64,000 nt of DNA, from the NCBI GenBank assembly GCA_963749085.1, contig CAVVLG010000002.1, positions 445,863 through 509,862 on the forward strand. The letters run 5' to 3'. The notes under the pieces are model-generated. The model was not told the origin of the DNA. It did not search any database and saw nothing but the letters and a program-made list of their open reading frames with translations. This DNA comes from Candidatus Adlerbacteria bacterium (GTDB lineage: Bacteria; Patescibacteriota; Minisyncoccia; Phycocordibacterales; SBAW01). Made by a program: the position numbers and the translations under genes. Positions 41,486-49,936 of this stretch are shown piece after piece (positions within the stretch are counted from its first letter, which is position 1; the number at the start of each line of letters is the position of its first letter).

Positions 41486-42730
41486 CTATGCAACCGCTTT
41501 TTCATTCCCCTGGCTCCGTTCTTTCCGACCATTAAGTTTGCCGGTTAAGAACCGCTGCACAGTCGCACGCTCGGCGTTGAGACAGTCTCTCCCGATAGCC
41601 TTCCACCACGTCTTAGCGGCTTCGACATATCGAGAAGAAACGTCCAACTCCTGTGACACTGGCGCGACGTTGAAGTGGGAGATGTCTTGTCCCATCTGAT
41701 CCACACCGGCTTGGAGTTCATCCAGCCTGTGATGGATACAGAAAGGCAGACGCCACCAACTATCAGCATCGACTGCCAATGTTTCGTTGACTTGCAGAGA
41801 CTTCGGATAGAAGTAGAGCGGGACTCCGATATCGAGCACGATGGCGTTGTACGTCACCCGTGCCTTCATCAGAGCTTTCCGCGCTGTCTCCTTTCCGAGA
41901 ATCTCAAGCAGCCAAACGAAGTCCGGTGTGGAGTAAGTCCGCAAGAATACGGGCTTCTCCTTCCGAACCGACAAGAGTTGTTCCAATGCAGAGTCGAGCG
42001 CTCGCTTACTTGCTCGCATATGCTCGAGTCCTGGCCTCAACGACATAGTCGTGAGATGCCATTCATCGACGAGGGGCATGACGGTTTCAGCCGTCTCCCG
42101 CACACATGAGTAGTTGAGCGAGGTGAGCGTATAGAGGGAGGTCAGCTTGCCCGTCGGAGTTAAAATCCGTCGCGCATGCTTCATTCCGTCCATCGCCCAC
42201 GTCCAAGCTTGTTTGCTTGAACGCTGTGCATTGTGGATTGCGGGTGTCCCGTCGACCGATACATCAAGTGCATCGACCGCAAGACCTTCCCGCTCACAGA
42301 GCGATAGCAAGGCTGGCTGAGTGTAAGTCCCATTGTTAATGAGAGATACACCAAACCCTGCCTGCTTGATCGCTGCGAGGACTGGCACTTGGGACTTGAG
42401 CAGTTGCCTGCCCTCGTGCACCAAGGTCCGAGGTCCACAGAGTTGCTGAAAGCGCGTCCGCGCCTTCGCACCTCCTGTGAGCTGCCGAAGCATGGAGAGC
42501 ATTGTCTCCACACTTGGCTGTTCGAGTTGGCCTTTCGGCCCCTCGAACGGGAAGATGCAGTGTTGGCACTGCACCGCGCAACCACCGCGTACGATCCAGG
42601 AAAGTAGGGGTGGAATTTCCCGCTGCAATAGCAGAGGGATTTTCTCGCTCCTGTCCTCTCCAAGAATCGCGTGACTCCGCCAGGAGTCGATTGCCGCCGC
42701 GTCGGCGGGTAGCTTGGCCCTTGCTGTCAT
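41486..42730 (-). CDS. Radical SAM enzyme (CX3CX2C at residues about 51-58; no SPASM Cys cluster)
   Basis: 414 aa; GGCAVQCQHC motif; AGGAGG RBS; local GC clearly higher than neighbouring genes. Confidence 0.8.
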   Translation of the reverse strand: MTARAKLPADAAAIDSWRSHAILGEDRSEKIPLLLQREIPPLLSWIVRGGCAVQCQHCIFPFEGPKGQLEQPSVETMLSMLRQLTGGAKARTRFQQLCGPRTLVHEGRQLLKSQVPVLAAIKQAGFGVSLINNGTYTQPALLSLCEREGLAVDALDVSVDGTPAIHNAQRSSKQAWTWAMDGMKHARRILTPTGKLTSLYTLTSLNYSCVRETAETVMPLVDEWHLTTMSLRPGLEHMRASKRALDSALEQLLSVRKEKPVFLRTYSTPDFVWLLEILGKETARKALMKARVTYNAIVLDIGVPLYFYPKSLQVNETLAVDADSWWRLPFCIHHRLDELQAGVDQMGQDISHFNVAPVSQELDVSSRYVEAAKTWWKAIGRDCLNAERATVQRFLTGKLNGRKERSQGNEKAVA

Positions 42731-42929
42731 GGCAGCCTCCTGGGGTTGGGTTGAGGGGGTTTACAAGGTACAGAATAACTGCGCAATATTATGAGTGATT
42801 TAGCAAGAGTAGTCCAAAATCCTGTCTATACTGAGTAATAAAAAGCCTTATTTGTAGGCTTATAAAGATTATAAATAGTTTGTTGTCAAAACTATTGACA
42901 GAAATAGAGTTTGGCCCTATACTGGAGCT

Positions 42930-43667
42930 ATGCCTAATCAAGCAAATACCCTTCAAAAGCTAGGTTTGAGCGATAAAGAAAGCCGGGTTTACCTGGGGAT
43001 TCTCACCCTTGGCCAAGGGTCAGCCAATGCCATAGCGCGTGCCGCAGGGCTAAAACGCCCTACTACTTATGTCGTCCTTGAAGATCTCCGTAAGCGGGGA
43101 CTGGTATTGAAAATGCCCGGTTCTAAAAAACAGATGTTTAGCGCTCGTTCGCCAGAGGAGCTCGTCTATGAAATGAAGAAAAATGTAGCTGAGGCTGAAC
43201 ATGCCCTGCCGGAGTTGATGAACGCATATAGCAGCAACACACCGCATGTTCGCACGATTCACTTCGAAGGCTTGGCGGGTATGCGGGAGGCATTGTGGTA
43301 TCGCATCGAAACACTCAAGGATAAAGAAATAACTGCTTTCTACGGCAGCGCGGAGGAGGCAAGCCCCGAGCTTGTTGCTCTGTTCCATGAATGGAATGAA
43401 AAGCTTGCCAAGCAGGGTACTAAAGTTAAATCGCTCGTACCAGATAATAAGAGCTTGAAAGAATTTAGAGAGAAAGATTTGGCCTATGGTTTTTTGCCTA
43501 AAATCCTTCCTGCCTCAATGTATACATCGGAGGTATCTATAGACATAACGGATAACTTCGTACGTATTCTCATGTTTCAAGAACAGCAGGCGACTATAAT
43601 TGAAAACCCGAAAGTTGCTAAAGCCATGCGCGAAATATTTGAAATCATATGGGAAGGCAAAAAGTAA
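42930..43667 (+). CDS. TrmB-family transcriptional regulator
   Basis: N-terminal HTH LGLSDKESRVYLGILTLGQGSANAIARAAGLKRPTTYVVLEDLRKRGLV plus C-terminal TrmB-like effector domain; divergent from the radical-SAM gene. Confidence 0.8.
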   Translation: MPNQANTLQKLGLSDKESRVYLGILTLGQGSANAIARAAGLKRPTTYVVLEDLRKRGLVLKMPGSKKQMFSARSPEELVYEMKKNVAEAEHALPELMNAYSSNTPHVRTIHFEGLAGMREALWYRIETLKDKEITAFYGSAEEASPELVALFHEWNEKLAKQGTKVKSLVPDNKSLKEFREKDLAYGFLPKILPASMYTSEVSIDITDNFVRILMFQEQQATIIENPKVAKAMREIFEIIWEGKK

Positions 43668-43735
43668 ATTGCTTCAAGGTTCGATTCCCGTCACCCCATC
43701 GTCAAAACGACGCCTTAAACAAAGGCTCGAAAAAT

Positions 43736-43810
43736 CTGGGCGCCGTAGTCGAGGACGTTAGAACCGTGTTTGAGAGGAGGAATGATACGACGATTTATAT
43801 TCCTGCGTTC
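43736..43810. repeat. 75-bp direct repeat, copy 1 (95% identical to 45078-45152)
   Basis: ctgggcgccgtagtcgaggacgttagaaccgtgtttgagaggaggaatgatacgacgatttatattcctgcgttc vs copy 2, 4 mismatches. Confidence 0.85.
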
Positions 43811-43862
43811 CTACCTATCCCATGACTCACTAAATCTAAGATAATGCCGCCTTGGAGGGCGG

Positions 43863-44468
43863 CTAGTTGAACTGTATTCTTGGGCTTTTGAAAGTGAATG
43901 GACTCTCGTTCTTTGCTCCTCTGAAAACGACGAAATGAAGATGGTCACGGTCAGTCCACCCGGTCTTACCAACAATGGCGATTTGCTGGCCGCATTTCAC
44001 TAAACTCCCCACCGCAATCCCGCTCTCTTTTACTGACTGTGAAGCAAGATGACAGTACTGACTGAATTCGCCGTTCACATGTGCAATAGTGGTGTAGTTC
44101 AGCATGTCACGATATTCGCTCGTTGGCCCCCACTGAGTGGAATGCTCCTGTACCTCAACAACTTTTCCGTCTAGAGCGGCGAGCACAGGAGTTCCATCGG
44201 GCACGAGGAAGTCGATTGCCCAGCGGAATGGGCCGAGGTGCGACTGTGGACTCTTTGCGCAGACGAAACAATCCAGCTCATATGTCTCATCGATAGGATT
44301 TCCTGTGGCGAGCCGCCAACCTTCTTTTTTTGCTTTGACCGGTTCTATCGAGAGAGGATAGGCATATTTATTTCTGCTTTTCTCCTCATCCCACAAAGAA
44401 CTGCCAGCCCAACGTTGGAATTCTTCCATTTCGAAGCTCCTGAATTTGCCGCGTGAAGTTGCGTTCAT
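43863..44468 (-). CDS. M23-family metallopeptidase (LytM-like)
   Basis: HxxxD ... VKCGQQIAIVGKTGWTDRDHLHFVVF motifs. Confidence 0.8.
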   Translation of the reverse strand: MNATSRGKFRSFEMEEFQRWAGSSLWDEEKSRNKYAYPLSIEPVKAKKEGWRLATGNPIDETYELDCFVCAKSPQSHLGPFRWAIDFLVPDGTPVLAALDGKVVEVQEHSTQWGPTSEYRDMLNYTTIAHVNGEFSQYCHLASQSVKESGIAVGSLVKCGQQIAIVGKTGWTDRDHLHFVVFRGAKNESPFTFKSPRIQFN

Positions 44469-44528
44469 CTTGAGACTACAACAGCTTATTAAGCTAAAAG
44501 GTTAACTCGCTTGTCAGGTCCAATTTCA

Positions 44529-45008
44529 TTATTTTTCTATTTGCTCCGTATATACAGGGATACTTTTAGTAATAGCGTCTAGGGATGCGCGAATACGGTA
44601 ACTCAATCGAGGTCGTAAAAGCTTGAGTGCTTCTTCTATTGAACAAAATTTATACTCCTCAAGTTCTTCCTTCTGCAAAATAATTTTTGAAGTCTGCCCT
44701 TCTGTCAGAATACCGCCATAGAAGGTGCACTGGATGGAATCATATAATTCGCCTTCATCAGAAAGATTACGATTGTACTGGATACCCAAGAACTTCAATT
44801 CAGGTATATCAAGCCCTATTTCTTCTTTGATTTCACGAACACAGCCTTCCAATGGAGATTCAAGGGCTTCTATTGAACCACCAGGCACAAGCCAACCGCT
44901 TTGATAGCTCGGCTTAACAATTAACAGTTCTTTCTTATCATTGAAGAATATGGCTGCGGAACCTATGAGCTTTTTCGGACGTGATTTTATGTAATCGATT
45001 TTTGCCAT
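44529..45008 (-). CDS. NUDIX hydrolase
   Basis: Nudix box GGSIEALESPLEGCVREIKEEIGL. Confidence 0.88.
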   Translation of the reverse strand: MAKIDYIKSRPKKLIGSAAIFFNDKKELLIVKPSYQSGWLVPGGSIEALESPLEGCVREIKEEIGLDIPELKFLGIQYNRNLSDEGELYDSIQCTFYGGILTEGQTSKIILQKEELEEYKFCSIEEALKLLRPRLSYRIRASLDAITKSIPVYTEQIEK

Positions 45009-45077
45009 ATTGAAAAGTATACCAAGTTCGAACTGAAAAGCCCTTACATGGTAAAGGATTTTTAACTAAAAGTATCG

Positions 45078-45152
45078 CTGGGCGCCGTAGTCGAGGACGT
45101 TAGAACTGTGTTTGAGAGGAAGAATGATACGACGATTTACATTCCTGTGTTC
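45078..45152. repeat. 75-bp direct repeat, copy 2
   Basis: See copy 1; the two copies bracket the M23 peptidase-NUDIX pair. Confidence 0.85.
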
Positions 45153-45157
45153 GAATC

Positions 45158-45847
45158 TCACTCATCAAATACCACGAGCGTACTGGTGTCCAAATTGTAT
45201 TGAGCCCCGCCGTAAAGATTTGCATCTTCTTTTTGAGGTAGGATTTTCTTTTTCCATTGGTAGATGTCTGAGAGAAGAGGCTCCCCTGGGTAAGCGATGA
45301 GACGCCAAGCATCCGTGCGGACAAGCGTTCTCGGTAGCTCGACCAGCTTCTGTCTTAAGATGTGAGCCACTGCTATTTCTTCTACCAGGAAATTAGCATT
45401 TGCCTCAGTGGGCTCTCTCCCGTCAGCGTCTTTGGATAGACTATCCTTAAATGTCGCGTCCTCTGCCTCAAGCTTTTTTAAGAGGTCGAAGCATTCCTTG
45501 AATTGAGGGGAGTTTACCATCACATAGTCTATGGGTAGATAGTGAATGGCGTTGGGGATGAACTGTTTCCTGCTTTCAATCAGATGACGTAAGGCGGAGA
45601 CGTGATTGAGTATCTGCTGATTGGTTTTCTTCCTGTTTTCAGAAGATACTTCATCGGAGTTGAAATAGAGACCATTGGTGTACAGAAAGACCACATCATT
45701 GGAGAACGTTTCTATCTTTTGTAGAAACTTGCTCAACACTTCATAACAAAACTGGGGTGTCTGGCCTTTTGCTAAACGGCTCATGGAAAGGGGTAAAATG
45801 AGATAGCCGTCTTCTTGAATCCTGTTGATATCGAATCCCGATTTCAT
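45158..45847 (-). CDS. Hypothetical protein
   Basis: 229-aa ORF without recognisable motifs; ends 5 nt from repeat copy 2. Confidence 0.5.
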   Translation of the reverse strand: MKSGFDINRIQEDGYLILPLSMSRLAKGQTPQFCYEVLSKFLQKIETFSNDVVFLYTNGLYFNSDEVSSENRKKTNQQILNHVSALRHLIESRKQFIPNAIHYLPIDYVMVNSPQFKECFDLLKKLEAEDATFKDSLSKDADGREPTEANANFLVEEIAVAHILRQKLVELPRTLVRTDAWRLIAYPGEPLLSDIYQWKKKILPQKEDANLYGGAQYNLDTSTLVVFDE

Positions 45848-45944
45848 TGCTTGAAATTATATCTTACTTCTTGAGAGCGGCGCCCAGTTCTAATTTTCAC
45901 TAGGGTAGTAAAATCACCCTTGAAAAATAAAGTCCAAAAACCTG

Positions 45945-46017
45945 GGCGGCTACAGGGAATCGAACCCTGATCGAGAGCTCCACAAGCTCCAGTGTTAACC
46001 GTTACACCATAGCCGCC
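45945..46017 (-). tRNA. tRNA-His (anticodon GTG) with encoded G-1, no encoded CCA
   Basis: Reverse complement folds as g-GCGGCTA tg GTGT aacggtta ACAC t GGAGC ttGTGga GCTCT cgat CAGGG ttcgatt CCCTG TAGCCGC c; G-1:C73 pair typical of tRNA-His. Confidence 0.85.
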
Positions 46018-46044
46018 ATACACTGACTCGCACGTTATAGCATT

Positions 46045-47091
46045 TTAGGGGTGAAAAAAGAAGGCGAAACCGATGATGGCGTAGGCGCCGAGGAGTTGTA
46101 CGCCTTCAAGCCAGTTGCTCTCGCCGTCGGCGATAATAAGATTTAGTATGAGCACGGACAGGACGATTGAAACAAGTTCGAAGGTGTTAAAAATAAGGTT
46201 CATTGGTTGATGCAACACCAATCCCGCGAGCACCAAGACGGGCGCTACGACCATTGCTATTTGTGTTGCCGAGCCGATAGCAATCTGAAGTGAAAGATCC
46301 ATACGATTTTTTCGCGCTACAATGACCGCCGATAGATTCTCAGCGGCATTACCAATAATAGCCAGGAAGATAACGCCTACAAAAAGCTCTGACCATCCGA
46401 GCGTGGCAACCAAAGGCTGTATGGAATTCACCAATAACTCGCTTATCCATGCGACTACGAGCGTTGCGACACACAATGTAAGCAGACTGCGCGAGATACT
46501 CCAACGTGGTTCAAACTTTCCTGCCTCCTCCATATAGAGGTGCTTGTGCGTGTGGAGGGAAAAAAAGAGGCTGGCAGCATAGAGTGCTAAAAGTGCGAAC
46601 GACACCCACACGCTCAGATATTCAACGACGCTATTGCTAAGTAGAGGCACGCTTTGCGATAAAATCGCAGGCATGACGAGCGCTATGACGGCGATAAAAA
46701 GCGTCGAGCCACCAATAAGTACGGCAGTCTTGTTGAACATCTGCTTCTCGCGCGACCATCCTCCCGCGAGCATCGAGAGTCCGAGTACCAAAAGCAAATT
46801 GCCGATGATCGAACCGGTGATGGACGCTTTGACCACTTCAATGAGTCCGGCGCGTAGCGCAAAAAAACCGATAATAAGTTCTGTCGCATTGCCAAAGGTT
46901 GCTGAGAGAAGTTCGCCTACGGCAGGCGACGTGCGTGTTGCGAGTTCCTCAGTCGATTCGCCGATGAATTTGGCAAGCGGCACGATGGCGAGCGCACAGA
47001 GAAAAAACACAATGGTTGGCGATACACCAAGCACCTGCGCCACAATGGCGACTGGCACGAAAATAAGCAGGATGAGAAAAAATTTATCCAT
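46045..47091 (-). CDS. Ca2+/H+ antiporter (CaCA family), copy 1
   Basis: Two alpha-repeat signature regions: GNATELIIGFFALRAG and GNAAENLSAVIVARKNRMDLSLQIAIGS; 348 aa. Confidence 0.9.
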   Translation of the reverse strand: MDKFFLILLIFVPVAIVAQVLGVSPTIVFFLCALAIVPLAKFIGESTEELATRTSPAVGELLSATFGNATELIIGFFALRAGLIEVVKASITGSIIGNLLLVLGLSMLAGGWSREKQMFNKTAVLIGGSTLFIAVIALVMPAILSQSVPLLSNSVVEYLSVWVSFALLALYAASLFFSLHTHKHLYMEEAGKFEPRWSISRSLLTLCVATLVVAWISELLVNSIQPLVATLGWSELFVGVIFLAIIGNAAENLSAVIVARKNRMDLSLQIAIGSATQIAMVVAPVLVLAGLVLHQPMNLIFNTFELVSIVLSVLILNLIIADGESNWLEGVQLLGAYAIIGFAFFFHP

Positions 47092-47393
47092 TAGTTCAGG
47101 TTTGAGTGCATTTCAAATACGTGTTGGGTTGGGTTGTGTTCGGCATGAAAGACTGTGGTGTGAATTTTATCGCCTCGCATTTCATAAAGCGGATGGGCAC
47201 TTTTACCTTCGGGATGAAATTCAGTCGCATACCACTTGCCGTCATGCACGCTGTAGAGCGGCTTGTCGGCAGAAGCGGTGTGGTTGAAGCGAGTCGCATA
47301 GACCTGACCTCCCCTCAGTTCATACTGCGGCCGCATAGAGTGAACTTCACCCGCATGACCATAGTGAGCCTGATGAATATACTGGGTATCCAT
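47091..47393 (-). CDS. Small repeat protein (3.5 x 16-aa Y-x-x-R-G-x-x-x-Y-x-T-x-F-H repeats), translationally coupled to the antiporter, copy 1
   Basis: PQYELRGGQVYATRFN / PLYSVHDGKWYATEFH / PLYEMRGDKIHTTVFH; stop overlaps the antiporter start; a paralogous pair exists at 56735-57070. Confidence 0.65.
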   Translation of the reverse strand: MDTQYIHQAHYGHAGEVHSMRPQYELRGGQVYATRFNHTASADKPLYSVHDGKWYATEFHPEGKSAHPLYEMRGDKIHTTVFHAEHNPTQHVFEMHSNLN

Positions 47394-47562
47394 TGTCCAT
47401 ATTTTACACCCAAATAATAGTATGGATCACACTGCGGGGTTAGAACCCCACACATGGACGGTACAAAGCGGGGCTGGAACTTGTCCCCAATAGAAAACGA
47501 CGCAGAATAGCTGGATAAATCGCGACAAAAATTGGAAGCAAGCTCTGAACTTTTTTGGGGGA

Positions 47563-48156
47563 TTACGGGGTCAATATATTGCCAGGAGTCGGCGGCAGAA
47601 GCGGTTGGTTGAGTACATAGATGATACCGTTGCTCGCTTTGTATTCCTCCAGTGCAAACGAGCTATTGACCTCGACTAAGCCGTTGGGCTGGACCTTAAA
47701 GTTGAGCTCGTCACCGGAGAGCGCCTTAACCGAGCCATTGTTGGTGGCATCGATATCAAGTGCCTTGCCGGAAACAATGCTGTACTGGATCAGCCGTTTT
47801 TGCTCGGCGGCGGTCATATTGCTGATAGTACCCGGCTTCAAAAGTGCATATCCTGCGTCGGTTGAAACGAACACTGTATAAGGACCGCGAGCGCCGAGGG
47901 TGGCGCCCACACCCGTGCTGTTGAACAAACTCGTATACGTCGAGACACCGGGAAGGCTTGCCAAAACCTCTGCTATGCTGCTGGAGGTTTGATTCACAAC
48001 GGTCACTTGGTCAGTGGCGCCGGTAGTCGTGGTTGTCTCAGTAGTCGCCTGGGTTGGTGCGGATGTATTTGACTGGTCAATCCACCACCAGATGCCCGCG
48101 ATTACGACGAGGACAAGTACGATGACTACTACCCAAACCCATGTATTATTTTTCAT
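47563..48156 (-). CDS. Fasciclin (FAS1) domain protein, membrane anchored
   Basis: N-terminal TM, Thr-rich linker, FAS1 motifs (YTVFVSTDAGYA...IIYVLNQPLLP). Confidence 0.8.
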   Translation of the reverse strand: MKNNTWVWVVVIVLVLVVIAGIWWWIDQSNTSAPTQATTETTTTTGATDQVTVVNQTSSSIAEVLASLPGVSTYTSLFNSTGVGATLGARGPYTVFVSTDAGYALLKPGTISNMTAAEQKRLIQYSIVSGKALDIDATNNGSVKALSGDELNFKVQPNGLVEVNSSFALEEYKASNGIIYVLNQPLLPPTPGNILTP

Positions 48157-48236
48157 ATATATATTATTTAAATCTTCATCAAACTAACGCACGTAGCTTA
48201 CGACTCTCTTCATGAAAAGCAAGTGAAGATTTGAAG

Positions 48237-49087
48237 TAGAACCAATCTCAAAAATACCGTTGTAGACTAAAGGCACAGGGCGTTACCCGTAATTTGCCTG
48301 CCCATGCCTCTCACCAACGAGCAGTGGAGCGTCATCGCTCCGTTTGTCACACCCCTCAAGCGTTTGGAAACCCGCGGCCGTCCCCGGCAGGACGACCGCA
48401 AGATACTGGAAGGTATCCTCTGGGCACTGAAGACCGGCGCCCAGTGGAAGCACCTGCCGAAAGACTACCCGCCCTACCAGACCTGCCATCGCAGGTTCCA
48501 GCAGTGGGTGGAGAGCGGCGCCTTTGACCGCATCGTCGAAGCCCTGGCCATGGACATGGAATACCGGGGGCGCATCAAGCTCAGGAGCTGCTTTCTCGAT
48601 GCCACCTTCGCGGGGGCAAAAAAGGGGGTCTTGGCGTGGGACCCACGAAGCGTGGGAAAGGCACCAAGATCATGGCGATTGCGGACGAAGGCTCTCTTCC
48701 AGTCGCCGTCTATGTGGCCTCTGCTTCTCCGAGCGAAGTCCGGTTGGTTGAAGACACGCTTGCCCGGCGATTTACCCGACAGAATCCGCTTCGCCTCACG
48801 GCTGACCGAGCATATGATTCCGATCCGCTGGATGGAACGCTCCTGAACAAATACCGCATCAAACTCATTTCACCGCATCGCAGAGGCCGGGTGCGCAGAG
48901 CAACACAGGACGGCAGGGCGCTGCGCTCCTACAAGCGCCGGTGGAAGATTGAGCGGCTGTTCGCGTGGATGCACAACTGGAGAAAGCTCGTGACTCGCTA
49001 CGAATACAAACTGCAGAACTTTGCCGCCTTCGTGAAGCTCGCGTGCATCATGCTATTACTCAAACATTATTTTTGAGACTGGTTCTA
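48237..49087 (+). mobile_element. IS5-family (IS427-group-like) insertion sequence, copy 1, 851 bp
   Basis: 17-bp terminal inverted repeats (TAGAACCAATCTCAAAA / TAGAACCAGTCTCAAAA). Two overlapping transposase ORFs with an A_AAA_AAG slippery site at 48617-48623. 100% identical to the copy at 49937-50787. About 60% GC versus about 50% for the host. Confidence 0.9.
48304..49076 (+). CDS. IS5/IS427-like DDE transposase (orfA-orfB fusion by -1 programmed frameshift)
   Basis: orfA HTH region then orfB ...GPTKRGKGTKIMAI...TADRAYDSD...KRRWKIERLFAWM DDE motifs. Confidence 0.85.
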
Positions 49088-49286
49088 GTCTTAATTTTGT
49101 TGACACATAGCGAAATAAACAACCTGAGACGTGCCCATGGTTGTTTATTTTCAAAACGTCCGACTCAGTGAAGCCTTCAAAAAAATAATGACTTTTCTGC
49201 CGGTGCGGAACATACGGCGGAGTCAGAACTCCGCATACGGGCAGTATACCTCTCGCAAAAGAAGAGGCCGTCTTTTTAGAGGCGGC

Positions 49287-49625
49287 CTAAGAATCGGGAC
49301 TGGAATCAAGTTCATCTAGTTGGGCAAGTTTCCGATATAGCGTCGATCGCCCTATGCCAAGTCTTCGGGCGACTTTGGTCATTTTGCCCTCATAGAACCT
49401 GATTGCGAAGCGAATGATTTTCAGCTCGATTTCTGCCAGAGTATAGATTTCACCCGCCTTATTGATTAACCTTATCCGGTCAACATCGATGTCAGCTTGA
49501 GCGATGTCATCGGGTGCCGGGCGGACTTCGTTCCCGTACGCATTACGCCGAGGTTTTACGCTTGAACTTTTCTTACCTGCTGTCTCGCCTCGCATGGCAA
49601 GTCTAGCGTCTGCTGTTGCACCCAT
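49287..49625 (-). CDS. Fis-family HTH DNA-binding protein (or C-terminal remnant of a sigma-54 activator)
   Basis: C-terminal KMTKVARRLGIGRSTLYRKLAQL; sits in the 849-bp segment between the two IS copies. Confidence 0.6.
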   Translation of the reverse strand: MGATADARLAMRGETAGKKSSSVKPRRNAYGNEVRPAPDDIAQADIDVDRIRLINKAGEIYTLAEIELKIIRFAIRFYEGKMTKVARRLGIGRSTLYRKLAQLDELDSSPDS

Positions 49626-49936
49626 GGCACGTGGTCCTCAAAAGTTATCCGGAATGGATATTACAGCGTATTTATTCAGAAGTCATTAGCTGGGAGCGTG
49701 GGACGATATTGGAACTTTGCTCAATAAAAACCTTATTGCTCCGTCCGACCATTCATACTAAGATACCATTCGGAGTTGCTTGAAAAGCTCGGTTATATGC
49801 CGTGCACCCGATAGACTCGGGTTCTGTAGGCACTCCAGGAGAACAAAGTGAAAAGATGGAACCAGACGACCATTGTATGGCCCATGTGGAGCTATCACGT
49901 AGACGGATACAACGACATCGGATATGGAGAAAAGAC

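Noticed and set aside
42181-42798. Several 60-160-aa ORFs in both strands inside the radical-SAM gene
   Set aside because: Typical high-GC shadow ORFs; the 414-aa frame carries the radical-SAM motifs.
43683-43707. GGTTCGATTCC T-loop-like 11-mer right after the TrmB stop codon
   Set aside because: Could not be folded into a T-arm plus acceptor stem. Mentioned only as possible tRNA-fragment debris, not annotated as a tRNA.
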